A DNA stretch of 63,483 nt, counting the filler, from Thraustochytrium aureum (Eukaryota): assembly GCA_012862495.1 (NCBI GenBank). It is 6 parts of 5 records of this genome, joined end to end, with 100 filler letters (N's around TTAATTAATTAA, not from the genome) between each part and the next. Parts side by side here need not be neighbours in the genome. Positions count along the whole stretch, not along the records: positions 33,841 to 45,404 come from BLSG01000187.1; positions 45,505 to 48,715 come from BLSG01000188.1; 4 more parts are not named here. The stretch is one strand, 5' to 3'. Shown one piece after another: positions 33,841-45,559 of this stretch. How positions within the stretch are numbered: position 1 is the first letter of the stretch; each line of letters starts with the position of its first letter. The notes under the pieces were generated by a model, which searched no databases, was not told the DNA's origin, and worked only from the letters and a program-made list of their open reading frames with translations. The position numbers and the translations under genes are program-made.

Positions 33841-34281
33841 TTCGACCTCGTGCTGCACCAAGCGGACACGGACTTTACTGGGATCGCATTCCACCCCAAC
33901 TACTATTGTTGGCTAGAGCGCGCCCGCACGGAGGCGCTGGGGCGAGACACGCTTGCGGCTGCGCGTGCAGGCGGCGCGGTCCCTGTTGTGAGGAGCGCAA
34001 AGCTCGAGTACAAGAAGGGCGCTCGGCCCTATGACCCGCTTCGGGTGTGGACCGCTGCCGCGGGGCAAGGGCCGACTGGGGCAGGCGCGGCGGCGAGCAA
34101 CTTTATGGTGACGCTCAATCAGGAGATCCAGCGCGGCCCGGAGGCGGACCCGGAAACTCTGGTCGTCGCCACCGTCGAGATCTGCTTCGTCAACGAAGCG
34201 ACCAAGCAGCTCGTCCCAATCCCGGAGCCCGTGCGCTCTCGGCTGCAGTCCGAACCGTGGGGCCAGCAAGCGAAACCGTAG
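33841..34281 (+). CDS. 4HBT/YbgC-like hotdog-fold acyl-CoA thioesterase (5' partial)
   Basis: DTDFTGIAFHPNYYCWLERARTE; VVRSAKLEYKK.A...DPL.V; LVPIPE. Confidence 0.85.
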   Translation, partial: FDLVLHQADTDFTGIAFHPNYYCWLERARTEALGRDTLAAARAGGAVPVVRSAKLEYKKGARPYDPLRVWTAAAGQGPTGAGAAASNFMVTLNQEIQRGPEADPETLVVATVEICFVNEATKQLVPIPEPVRSRLQSEPWGQQAKP

Positions 34282-36727
34282 AGTAGCACTACGTACTGGC
34301 ATGTGGTGATCTCACGTGGCCTGTGACCGACTGCGAAACGGAGAAACGCGCATTTCATCTGGCGTTATTGCGGCTTGGAACGGCTCGAGTGCAGAGCGAT
34401 CTCGACCCAGAGAGCCTGGGCGCCGCCTCCGCTGTTCACGACTCGGCGCGTCGTCGTCGTCGGCCTTCTGTACTGTACGCCTACACCTCCGTGATAGGAC
34501 TCATGGCCAGATCGGGTCCGTCCGGTTCGCCGATGCTGCCAGCAAGGAGGATCTGCCAGCAGCGACTTGCACGATCTGTGAGCTGGGGAGAGCCGCCTTC
34601 CGAGGCCGATCGACCAAGCAAGCCAACCTCCTTGCAATGTTGCTCACTCAGAGGGTCTGCAGCACTTGCCATCGATTGACCGCGCCACTCTCGGCCCCAC
34701 CACCCTACGAGCGCCGGACGCCAGCAAGGCGAGAGATGGTTTTCCGCAAGCATGCCGTGAAAAGAAAAGCCCAATGACCAGGACATCAGCGCTTGTGGGG
34801 CGTGTGCCTGCTCGGACAACCCCCTCGAGATGCGAATCTTGGAGAGGGAGGTAGGGGGCCCAATTTCGCCGCGCCCATGAGGTACTACACGGCGGCGTCC
34901 TGGTGGCTGCTTGTTTGTGGCGAGCAACGAGGCAGCCGAGTCGAGCGGCTCCCTGAAGTACTCGAAGACCAAAAGCTCGCCTGTGTTTCTCCCTCCCCCC
35001 TTTTTTGGTCCACGCGTGATTGCGAGGCAGCGCTCTCTCGGCGCTGGGCTCGCTCGGCGCCGCCCTGGCGGGCGGGCGAACGGGCGGGTGGGCGGGCAAA
35101 TTCTGTTGATGTCACCCGCGCTGATGTCACAGGCATGCTCTCGTAGGCCTATTTATCGCAGCGAGAAACTGTGCCGTGAANNNNNNNNNNNNNNNNNNNN
35201 NNNNNNNNNNNNNNNNNNNNNNNNNNNNNNNNNNNNNNNNNNNNNNNNNNNNNNNNNNNNNNNNNNNNNNNNNNNNNNNNNNNNNNNNNNNNNNNNNNNN
35301 NNNNNNNNNNNNNNNNNNNNNNNNNNNNNNNNNNNNNNNNNNNNNNNNNNNNNNNNNNNNNNNNNNNNNNNNNNNNNNNNNNNNNNNNNNNNNNNNNNNN
35401 NNNNNNNNNNNNNNNNNNNNNNNNNNNNNNNNNNNNNNNNNNNNNNNNGACCTATCAACTAGACGGTATAAAGAGTAAGTACCTGTGATGAGTAGTGTAG
35501 AGCAGTACCTTCGGGTTGCCAGCCAGCGGGCCGCGTTGGGCTGGCGCAGCGCGGGGACGCGAAATGCGCTTGAAGCAAGATGCATGGTAGATGCTGCCGA
35601 GCCCGCACAGCCAGTGTCCGGTGTGCGTTGTGCCATGCGCTTGCGCCCGACAAGGCAGAGAGAGAGCCTCCGAGCTGAGGAGCAGAGTCTTGGCCGCATT
35701 CGCGAGCGGCCGGCCGGCGTTCACCAAGTTGTGCCTGCGATCCAGGCGAGCGAGCAGGACTCGGTCCGGCCGCGCCAAGATCGCCACAGTCAATCCCCCT
35801 TGATCAAACCAACAACGCAGGCTACTAATCCCTACGCATCAATTGGCGACCGAGTCACGCGCGAAGAAAGAAAACGTGCGACTGGCGCCTCGCGGCCCGA
35901 ATTTCATCTTCATACACAAGAAACAGTTCCAAGCAGCCAGCGGAGTCGCGTCCCAGCCAAGGGCGGGGAGAAGGGCGCAACGTGCGCTGTTTGAAGGCGA
36001 TAGGGGAGGCAGGCCTCAGTCGTTGAGTGCGCCTGGCGATGAAAGCGGAGATCCTCCTTGGTAGAAGCGCCGCGACCTGCTTTGTCACCTTGGTGAGGTA
36101 CCACACTCAACTCTGCGGCTTGACAGCCTCGCAGCTCAGGTGAGCAGCGTACCTGACACTCGCCGAACGCAGCTAAGCGAGGCGCGCTGCTCAGAAAAGC
36201 AACCCGCAAGATTCTGGCGCTGGTCGACGTCTGCCGATTTCTCGGTTCGTAGTTTGCAACTCGCTTACATACCGGCCTACTTGATTCCTCGCTGCGAGGC
36301 AAGCAGCGAGCGCAACCTCCATCGGCAGGCAGAGTACTCCACTCTACTCTACCCAGCAGCCGCACTCCCTTCAGCTCGAACCCGGCACAACAGCGGAGCC
36401 TGCCTGTTCTCGCTTCGGAGAGCCGAGCACGCTTCCCTCCTCGCACTCTCCGCCGTCCAGTGAGCCAGTTGCAGGGCGCACGTGGAGGCTCATACGAGGT
36501 CGCACCCAGTGCCCAACATCTGGGTACTGCACCTGGGGCAAGCGATTCTATTCTCCCCCTGTCAAACTCAGGAAAGAAGAAGCGCAGCACCGTTCGCATT
36601 TCCAGGCACCGCCGCCCAACGCGGCTGGCCTCTGCGCCAGCGCCAAACCCGATTCCCCTGCGCCAACGCGACAGCAACCAAGCACACCACAACACTCAAC
36701 GACGATAGGTACTGTACAGAGACAAGC

Positions 36728-39039
36728 ATGGCTATGGGCATGTACAGCGCGTCTGCGGCAGCGCTCGTCGTGGCCGCCGCGCTCGTGCGCGGCGGCGAGG
36801 CGCAGTTCACCACACAGTGTAACCGCAACACGTACTACTCGGGCATCAACCTCCAATTGACTGGGTCGTCCCTCGAGACCGCGCTACGCAACAAGATCCG
36901 AGGCCACAACGTTATCCCATATACGTCCAGTTCGTCGACGGACATCTGGGATGCCCTGAAAATCGTCGACGCCTTCAATGGCGACCCATCGAGCGGGCTC
37001 GTGTACCTCCTCTACAAGGACATGGCATGGGATGCAGACCGCACGCTCGGAGACGGCGTTAATGGGGAATGGAACCGCGAGCACGTCTGGCCTCAGAGTC
37101 GCGGCGTCGACAGCTCTGGACCCGACACGAGCGACCTCCACTCGCTGCGCGCTGCCGACATGAACACAAACAGCGCGCGCGGCAACCTTCCCTTCGACTA
37201 CTGCACTACGGGCTGCACTGTGCCTGCACACAGCGAGGCCGCCAGCGACANNNNNNNNNNNNNNNNNNNNNNNNNNNNNNNNNNNNNNNNNNNNNNNNNN
37301 NNNNNNNNNNNNNNNNNNNNNNNNNNNNNNNNNNNNNNNNNNNNNNNNNNNNNNNNNNNNNNNNNNNNNNNNNNNNNNNNNNNNNNNNNNNNNNNNNNNN
37401 NNNNNNNNNNNNNNNNNNNNNNNNNNNNNNNNNNNNNNNNNNNNNNNNNNNNNNNNNNNNNNNNNNNNNNNNNNNNNNNNNNNNNNNNNNNNNNNNNNNN
37501 NNNNNNNNNNNNNNNNNNNNNNNCCTCCACGACCAACTTTGCGCCTCACCAATTGCCCGGACGCCGGCAGCAGCTTGATGGGGTCCTGTCCACCCTCCTC
37601 GAGTGGAACCGCCTCGACCCGCCCAACTCTCGCGAAATCTACCGCAACAACGCCGTCTGCGAGCAATTTCAGGGCAACCGCAACCCGTTCGTCGACTTCC
37701 CCGAGCTCGCTGACCGGATTTACGCCTCAGGAACCTGGACCGACCCGGTTTCGGGCTGCGCCGCGCCGCCTTCCCCGCCGCAGCCGACGCCGACTCCGCC
37801 GCCGCAGCCGACGCCGACTCCGCCGCCGCAGCCCGCGCCTACGCCGGCCAGCAACTCCGGCAGTCTCGCCCCTGGCGACCTCGTTGTGGTCGGCTTCAAC
37901 TCGGACGGGACCGACACCGTGGCACTCCTCGCTACGGTCAACATCGCTGCGGGAACGAGCGTGACAATCACCGACGACACGTGGCGCGGAGCCTCCTCGG
38001 GGGGCTTTCGCTCCACCGAGGGGTTTGCAACATACACTGTCCCGTCGGGCGGCATGGCTGCCGGATCCGTGCTGGTCTTCGAGGCGGGCAGCACCGCTTG
38101 GTCATATTCTGGCTCATTGGTGCTCTCAGCGAGTGGCGACTCGATCATCGTCATGACCGGCTCGGTCTCGAGCCCGAGTTTCGTCTCTGCTCTCAAGTAC
38201 AGCAGCGACCAGTGGTCGGCAGAGTCTGCCAACCTGGGCGCGCCAGATTGCGCTCTTCCTCCTGGGCTCTCGATCGGCCTCCACGAGATCGCGCTTCTGC
38301 ACCAGGACAACTACCGCTACGCAGGCCCGACGTCTGGCACGCGCGACGAGCTTTTGCGCGCCATCGCATCCTCGGCCAACTGGCAGGGTAGCTCGTCGGT
38401 CACGTACAGCTTTTCGGGTCTCCGGTTCACTGTGGGTGGAGCGGGTTCGAGCCCGGTTCCCGCCCCGGTGGCAAGCCCGGTCCCGGCTCCCGTGCCGGCT
38501 CCTGTCACCGCCCCGAGCTCGAGTGGGCCTGGGACCTGCACCAACAACGAAGGCCTCACCTACAGCAACGGCAGCCCTGCGCCGTGCAGCGAGCTCGGAT
38601 CGTACTGCATGACGAGCACTGTTGTGCGCGAGAACTGCCAGCTCTTCTGCGGGCTGTGCGGGTCGACATCGTGCGTGGACAACAGCCCAAGCGGGCTCAC
38701 TTATTCGGACGGCTCTGCGGCGCCCTGCTCGGAAATTGGGTCGTACTGCGCCACCTACGACTTTGTCCGGGAGGCGTGCCCGGCCACCTGCAACGCCTGC
38801 AGTGAGTTTTCAGGGGCTTCGACGGTCATCGACAACGAATCGACCAAATCGAACGCGATCCCAGCGCAAGCAGCAGCAGAGGCAAGTGGCCCAGCCGGAG
38901 CTGGAGTTTTGATCGGCGCCACCGTCGGTGGCGTTTTTGCCTTGCCGCCGCGGCTGTCGTGGTGCACCGTCGTCGCCGGGCTGAGCATGCGACTTTGATC
39001 GTCTCGCCGGTGGCCAACCCGCTCTACGAGAGTGCCTGA
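36728..39039 (+). CDS. Secreted/membrane-anchored endonuclease I (His-Me finger) + Pro-rich linkers + beta-rich accessory domain + 2 ShK-like domains + TM (frameshift ~38940)
   Basis: Signal peptide; WNREHVWPQSRG; DLHSLRAAD..NSARGNLPF; QGNRNPFVDFPELADRI; ShK-like C..C..YC...RENCQLFCGLC and REACPATCNAC; GVLIGATVGGVFA/LAAAAVVVHRRRR..NPLYESA* after a one-base correction. Confidence 0.85.
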
Positions 39040-39361
39040 GCGCCCGCCGGCGCGCGGAGAATGACACCAGTAGGAACTTCGAAAGGAAAAACCACACGCT
39101 CTGCCACCACTACTCTCTCCTTGGGCGTGCTTGGCACGGCGCATGAGCCGGCCAATCGCCTCGAGCGCAGCAGTGCCTGGCGCGAAGAACCCGTTGTGTT
39201 GCAACGCGCGCCGGGAAAGGCCCGGGCCTCGCGCGCCTGCGCGAGCAAATTGGGGCCTTGCCTGCCAGGGCCCAATCTCTGCCGTCGCCTCTCCGATCCC
39301 CCGCCCGGTTGGCTTGCTGAGCCTGGGCCCGGCGCGCGGGAGGACCGCCGCGCGTAAGGCG

Positions 39362-40258
39362 ATGCAGCGCCGCGGCGGCGGCGGCGGCGGCGAGGTGCCG
39401 CTGTCGTGGGCGGAGGTCCTTCGCGAGATGGACGCTGCGAGAACGCCGCGAGGCCGAACCGACCTCGCCCGCGCTCTCCTGACGCCTGCTGCGCTTGCCG
39501 TCCTCGAAGGCCGGCGCGAGGATGAGGCCGAGCGCAGTGGGCTGGCGCACCTGCAGCGATACCTGCCAACAGGCGCGGTGGTCAGCTTTTCGCTGGCTCG
39601 GCGGCCCGGTCTGGCCAGGCTGAGCGTGCCCGGAGCTGACAGGCGCAGCAGCAAGACGCAGATGGCGCTGCCCGAGCTCAGCATTCGAGTCGGCGACGTC
39701 CTGACGCCTCTCGTGCTCGGCCCAGAGGTGCTCGAGGAGGGCAACATCGGCGCTCAAGCCCACTCGTTCGAGGCAGCGCAAGCTGAGGCGGCTCCACCCG
39801 CCTCCGCCGCAGAGTTCCTCAGCGCCTTTGCTGGAACGCGCAAAGCGGTGAAGGGGCCCGCATTCAGTGCCGCGGCGTGGCGGCAAGCCTGGGAGCAAAA
39901 CGACAAGGAAGCGAGAATGATTTCTTGCGACGACTGGTGCGCCTTGCTTGACGCCACGGACACGGCCGGCCAGGGGCTCGCCGACTTTGTTCTCGAGGCC
40001 GTGGTCCCTCGGGCCCTCCAAGACGGTGCCGAGACAATGCAGGTCAAAGCCTTGGCGCGGCGCGCCGTTCTCGCGGGCACGCTTTGCAGCGCTGCTCCAG
40101 AGGAGTTTGAGGACCGGCTCGACAAGCTCGACCTGAGCGGGGCGCTCGCGCTCGCGGGACCGCAGTACGCTGTTAGCGGGGGGCTCGTCGAGCGCGCTAT
40201 GGCCGAGGCGTACAGGTCCGCTCACTTGCCAGCAAGAGCACAAGCCGGCGGGCCATGA
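39362..40258 (+). CDS. Hypothetical protein
   Basis: Long Ala/Leu-rich ORF with codon usage like its neighbours; no motif recognised. Confidence 0.5.
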   Translation: MQRRGGGGGGEVPLSWAEVLREMDAARTPRGRTDLARALLTPAALAVLEGRREDEAERSGLAHLQRYLPTGAVVSFSLARRPGLARLSVPGADRRSSKTQMALPELSIRVGDVLTPLVLGPEVLEEGNIGAQAHSFEAAQAEAAPPASAAEFLSAFAGTRKAVKGPAFSAAAWRQAWEQNDKEARMISCDDWCALLDATDTAGQGLADFVLEAVVPRALQDGAETMQVKALARRAVLAGTLCSAAPEEFEDRLDKLDLSGALALAGPQYAVSGGLVERAMAEAYRSAHLPARAQAGGP

Positions 40259-40329
40259 CCGGCGCTCTCTCGTGTTGCGCGCCGGCCGCATCGAGAGAGA
40301 AAGAGAGAGAGAGAGAGAAAGCAACGGAA

Positions 40330-41440
40330 TCACTCGCCGTCTGCGTCGGCCTCCAGGTTTCCTCCTTCTCCTTGGTCTTCGTCGCCGTCCTCAGAGTCAG
40401 AATCCTCGTGGCCGGCTGCGGCCGCCCCCGATGCCGTGCGTTGGTCAGGTTTCTCTTTGCGTTGGCGCTTCTTTGAGCGCACCGGCGGGCCGTCTGCGTT
40501 CAGGAGCTCGCGCAGGTACTGGTCTACCTTCTGGCCGCACGTCTCGAGGAGCGCAACGAGGTCCTTGGCAAGCGGCTGCAAGTTGCGCGTGAAGAACGAG
40601 TAAGCCGTACCGGGACGGTCGTTGCGCCCTGTGCGGCCAATGCGGTGCGCGTACACCTTGAGCGAGGGCGGAAAGTCGTAGTTGACCACATAAGGCAGGC
40701 CCTTGATGTCGATGCCGCGGCCCGCCACGTCCGTTGCGACCAAGACTCTGATCTTGCCCGCCTTGAAGTCGCGCAGCGCCTTCTCGCGGGCGCGCTGGTC
40801 CATCCCGCCGTGCAGCGCAGCGACCTTGGGGATGCCGCTGCGCACCCGCAGAAATGTGTCCACAAACTTTACTGTCTTGATCTTGGTGCAAAACACGAGC
40901 AGACAGCTCGCGTTGCGGCGCCCGGCCTCCTTGTCCTCCTTTGCAACGCGCTCGAGAAACCGAATCAGCTTTCGCGGCTTTTTGTGCTCAGCCGAGACCT
41001 CGACGATCTGGGTGATGCTGGCGCTCACTGCCCCGGCGAACGTGCCGTCTGGGCCCAGCCCGCGCTCGCTGTCAATGTCCTGCGCGGCGACGCTCGGCAC
41101 GCCGTGAGTGACAGTGCAGGTCTTGGCTCCGGCTTGGACGAGCACGGAGGCGGGTCGACGTTGCAAAAGGTGAAGCCGGCTCACGACCTGCCGCACTCGA
41201 CGCGCAAACGTGGCGGAGAAGAGCACGTTTTGCGTGCGGAGCGCCCCGTCGGGGTCCATTGGCTCGCGCAAAAGCTGGACGACCTGAAGGATCTGCGGCT
41301 CGAACCCAAGGTCTAGCATGCGGTCGCACTCGTCAAGAATGAACATCGACGTGTAGCGCAAGTTTACGTCGTCGGTGCCGATGAGGTCCAGCACGCGGCC
41401 TGGCGTCGCGACGAGGATGGCTATGCCGCGGCTGCTCGAG
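40330..41440 (-). CDS. DEAD-box RNA helicase (C-terminal part; 5' in gap)
   Basis: VATPGR; LDECDRMLDLGF; FSAT; LHGGMDQ..R; VATDVAGRGIDI; YAHRIGRTGR. Confidence 0.92.
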
Positions 41441-42201
41441 NNNNNNNNNNNNNNNNNNNNNNNNNNNNNNNNNNNNNNNNNNNNNNNNNNNNNNNNNNNN
41501 NNNNNNNNNNNNNNNNNNNNNNNNNNNNNNNNNNNNNNNNNNNNNNNNNNNNNNNNNNNNNNNNNNNNNNNNNNNNNNNNNNNNNNNNNNNNNNNNNNNN
41601 NNNNNNNNNNNNNNNNNNNNNNNNNNNNNNNNNNNNNNNNNNNNNNNNNNNNNNNNNNNNNNNNNNNNNNNNNNNNNNNNNNNNNNNNNNNNNNNNNNNN
41701 NNNNNNNNNNNNNNNNNNNNNNNNNNNNNNNNNNNNNNNNNNNNNNNNNNNNNNNNNNNNNNNNNNNNNNNNNNNNNNNNNNNNNNNNNNNNNNNNNNNN
41801 NNNNNNNNNNNNNNNNNNNNNNNNNNNNNNNNNNNNNNNNNNNNNNNNNNNNNNNNNNNNNNNNNNNNNNNNNNNNNNNNNNNNNNNNNNNNNNNNNNNN
41901 NNNNNNNNNNNNNNNNNNNNNNNNNNNNNNNNNNNNNNNNNNNNNNNNNNNNNNNNNNNNNNNNNNNNNNNNNNNNNNNNNNNNNNNNNNNNNNNNNNNN
42001 NNNNNNNNNNNNNNNNNNNNNNNNNNNNNNNNNNNNNNNNNNNNNNNNNNNNNNNNNNNNNNNNNNNNNNNNNNNNNNNNNNNNNNNNNNNNNNNNNNNN
42101 NNNNNNNNNNNNNNNNNNNNNNNNNNNNNNNNNNNNNNNNNNNNNNNNNNNNNNNNNNNNNNNNNNNNNNNNNNNNNNNNNNNNNNNNNNNNNNNNNNNN
42201 N

Positions 42202-43572
42202 AGCTCGAGGCCGGCGGGCGCGGCGGCGAGCGACTCGGTCGACTTGTCGCCCTTTTCTCCCGGGGCCCGACAGAGCGCGGGAGAGGCGCTTGGAGAGCGC
42301 TCGGCGCAAGGGCTTGGGCGCGTCCGCGGCGGCATCGTCCTTGAGCGCCTGCGTCGTCGAGGCCGCCTTGCGCGAGAAGCTGAGGCGGACGCTCTCGCGG
42401 AAGCTGCGGCGCTTCGTGTGGCTGTCGTCGTGCTCGGCCGGGTTGGCCGCCTCCGAGTGGTCGACGCCGCTAAACTTGTGCAGCAAGGCGCCGGCCTTGC
42501 CGGCCATCTCGTTGGCGTGGTCTTCGCCGAGAATCGGCGACAGAATTCCGCGCAGAAAGCTCTCAAAGCCGGACGGCTCGTGGTCGTCGCTGGCGTTCCC
42601 GCCGTCCGTTTGGTCAGCCTGGGCATCGGCGACCGGGGCCTCGGCCACGGTCTGCGTGGCGTCCTTGCCCCGCGACGTGAGGTAGTCTTCGAGGCGCTTG
42701 CGCACGTCTTCGTAGAGCGCAGGTTTGGCGCGAACGAGGGTTTCCCACTCGCTGCCCTCCCAGTTGTAGACTCGCTTCATGAGGTTGGTGTTGAAGTCCA
42801 CGGGGAGCTGGCCTTTGCTGAGCATGTTGAGGATAAAGCTGGGCACGTACTTGAGCTTGAGGTCCATGAGCTGGAGCTGCGAGAAGATCACGCTGCCGTC
42901 GTCCTGGATCTCGAGGTAGTAGGCGCCCGAGATCTCGATGCGGGTGTACTTTTGTTGGGCTCGGGCACCTTGAACTGCGGGTGCTCGTAGTCCTGGTCGA
43001 GCGTGTTAAAGGCGATCGCCATCGCGCTGCGCTCGCTCATGTCGTAGCCGCGGCCGTTAATGATGGCCTCGCGCGGGGAGATGGGCACGACGGGGGAGCT
43101 TGATCCGGATGCGCGTGAATCGCGAAAAGGCCGATTCCTCGAGGAGCGTCTCGTGGCTCTCCATGAGGCCGCGCGGAAAGTACTTTGGCATGAGCTCGAT
43201 CTCGGCGAAGAGCGAGCACAGCGCAATGAACGTGTAGGTGAGCGGCTTGCCGGGGATGGGCATCACGCGCGAGGTGGCCTTGGTCATGATGAACGGCGAG
43301 CCCTCTGGCTGCTTGAAGTGCACGGTGAGCCCTTTCTTCTTCGTCGCGAATTTCCAGCCGTCGTCGGTCTTGATCTCGTCCAGGAGCCCCGTGAGGAACT
43401 TGACGTCCTTGCGCACCTTGGCGACTACCTCTGCTCGCGCCTCCAGCTCGGTGCGCGCTGCCGCGTTCTTGGCGGCGAGGGCCTCGACCTCGTTCGCGAG
43501 CCTTTCGCACTCGTAGATCTGGTCCTTCCTCACGGCCTCGTCAAACGCCGCGAACGCCGCCTTGTGTGCCAT
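42202..43572 (-). CDS. START/SRPBCC lipid-binding domain protein (frameshifts near 43090 and 42950)
   Basis: Pieces across three frames: GWKFATKKKGLTVHFKQ, ELMPKYFP, PISPREAII.G.GYD, MDLKLKYVPSFILN. Confidence 0.65.
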
Positions 43573-44957
43573 CTCTCTGGCGGTCGCGGCTGGGCTTCCT
43601 TTCGATGCTCGAGCTCTCGCGCTGCGACCAAGTTTGGCGTGATCGGGGTTTGGTTGACATCCGTCCTTTTGGTGCGGGCGGGTCGTCTCGCGAGGGCGGG
43701 AAGACCCACGTGCCTACCCCCCCGCTCTGTCGCACACAGTGGACATTCGATCGACGACTTGAAGCCCAAACGAAGCCCGTCCGTCCTCCACGCTCCGCGG
43801 CGCTCTTTCCTGCGTTAGCTGGCGCTCGGCGTCGCCATCCGCTGGAAACGGCCGCCGTTTGGTCCACGGCGCGCGGAGGCTGCTGGAGAAGTGCTGCAAG
43901 GCAACAAGGAAACAAAAAAGTCCATCATCACTCGCGCCTCAGGCTGGCATTCTCGGGAAGTACTCCGCTCCACCACCTTCCTGACCACAAGCAAGTGTCA
44001 CAAGGGTCAGCAGGCCAGGCTGCGCGGGCAAGTCGCGAGCCTCTGCCACCGGCTGCCATCAGTTCCGGCAGCGCTGGCCTGGCGGCGAACGGAGCGCAGC
44101 GGACTCGCTCTGCTCTGCTTGCCAGATGTTGCGGCAATTGAAACGACAACGAACGCAGAAAGTCAAAAAGTTCGGCCTTTCAACGCAGCCCATGCGCCTT
44201 GCGCGAATGGCCGAATTTGCTGCGAAAGGACGGATCGGGAGACCGCCACGCGCGAGGTGAAAAGCGAACCCGTCCAGCAAGAACGTGTACCCGTCGAGCG
44301 AGGCGAGCGGGCGTTGTACTAAGGGCTTCAGGGTTGTCCAGAGAGGAGCACGATACAATACGATACGATGTCCGTCGCTGCGAGGAGGTCTGACTTTGTT
44401 GTCGAGTCGGGGAGGCCCTCTCTTCGAGACCTCTGCCTACCGGTACTGCCCGCTCGGCTCTTGCCTCCGCGTGAAGACTGCCCGTGCCTGTCCGAGTCGG
44501 CAGCTGGGCAGTCGATGGATTGGCATGGGTGCGTAGAGTACCCTCTAGCTACAGAGATGAGCTCGCAGCATTGGCGCATGCGCACGTGCCCCGCTGGTTC
44601 GCGCATGACGCTTCCTGTCCGGCTCGAGACACGGACTTGACGCCAGCTGGTTTGGCTCGTGCAATGTCTGTGAGCAGAGCGCTGTGACGCTTGAGGAGCA
44701 CTGCGGTGGTGGCATGCGCAAATTGCGCAAAAGCAGACAAGAGAGCAGTTGGTCGCACCCTGTTGGCCGTCGGTCTTGCCTTCGGAACACTGCTCTGGCG
44801 GGCGTGCGGGCACGCGGAAGCGGACGGCCCTCCCTGGCCCACGCAACAACAGAGCCAGTGAAGTGGCGCAAGAGCGAGGAACGAATCAAAGCCAGCGCTG
44901 CGCCTTCGCTTGCCACAACTCTATCTACTCGAGTATGCACGTACTTCCTTGCTGCGC

Positions 44958-45161
44958 TCACGTGGGCTGGTCTGACTTTGGCACGTTCACAGTGCCCTCG
45001 AGCCGCTTCATGACGCGCGCTACGCAGTCTTTGTACTCCTCAAACTCGTCTTGGCACGCCGGTGCGGCGTCGCCCTTCAGAAACTGCTCGGAATACCACG
45101 TCCGGAAGCAATTCTCGTACAGCTGCTTGATCTTGCCGCACTCCTCGTTTGCCCGTTGCAT
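44958..45161 (-). CDS. MDM35: Mdm35/TRIAP1 twin CX9C-type mitochondrial intermembrane protein
   Basis: ECGKIKQLYENCFRTWYSEQFLKG...CQDEFEEYKDCV matches the family pattern C..K..Y..CF..W..E.FLKG..C...F..Y..CV. Confidence 0.88.
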   Translation of the reverse strand: MQRANEECGKIKQLYENCFRTWYSEQFLKGDAAPACQDEFEEYKDCVARVMKRLEGTVNVPKSDQPT

Positions 45162-45404
45162 CGCGCTCAGCGCCCTCGAGGCGAGCCCGCCTTCCGCCAG
45201 CCAGCACGTCCAGGGCCCACTTTCCCCGCGCAGGTCGGCGCGCGTCGCCAGCCACCCACCTCCCTCCCGTCCACAACTAGATCCCGCACCGCGGGCCGCG
45301 CCAGCGCACAGGCTCGCCGCCTCGTAGGCCCGGCCGCAGCCTCCGTAGCGCTCGGCCGCGCTGTCTCGGCTTGGGCCGCGTCCGTGGAGGGTTTCGACGC
45401 CGCA

Positions 45405-45504
45405 NNNNNNNNNNNNNNNNNNNNNNNNNNNNNNNNNNNNNNNNNNNNTTAATTAATTAANNNNNNNNNNNNNNNNNNNNNNNNNNNNNNNNNNNNNNNN
45501 NNNN
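45405..45504. other. Artificial scaffold spacer
   Basis: 44N-TTAATTAATTAA-44N. Confidence 0.97.
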
Positions 45505-45559
45505 CAAAAGGTGACGGCAAGACAGAATGCCTGCGAGCTGACGAGGGATGCGTGGTCGG

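Noticed and set aside
40330..42891. 853-aa START-helicase fusion in the ORF track
   Set aside because: The halves are joined only through a 761-N gap; most likely two genes.
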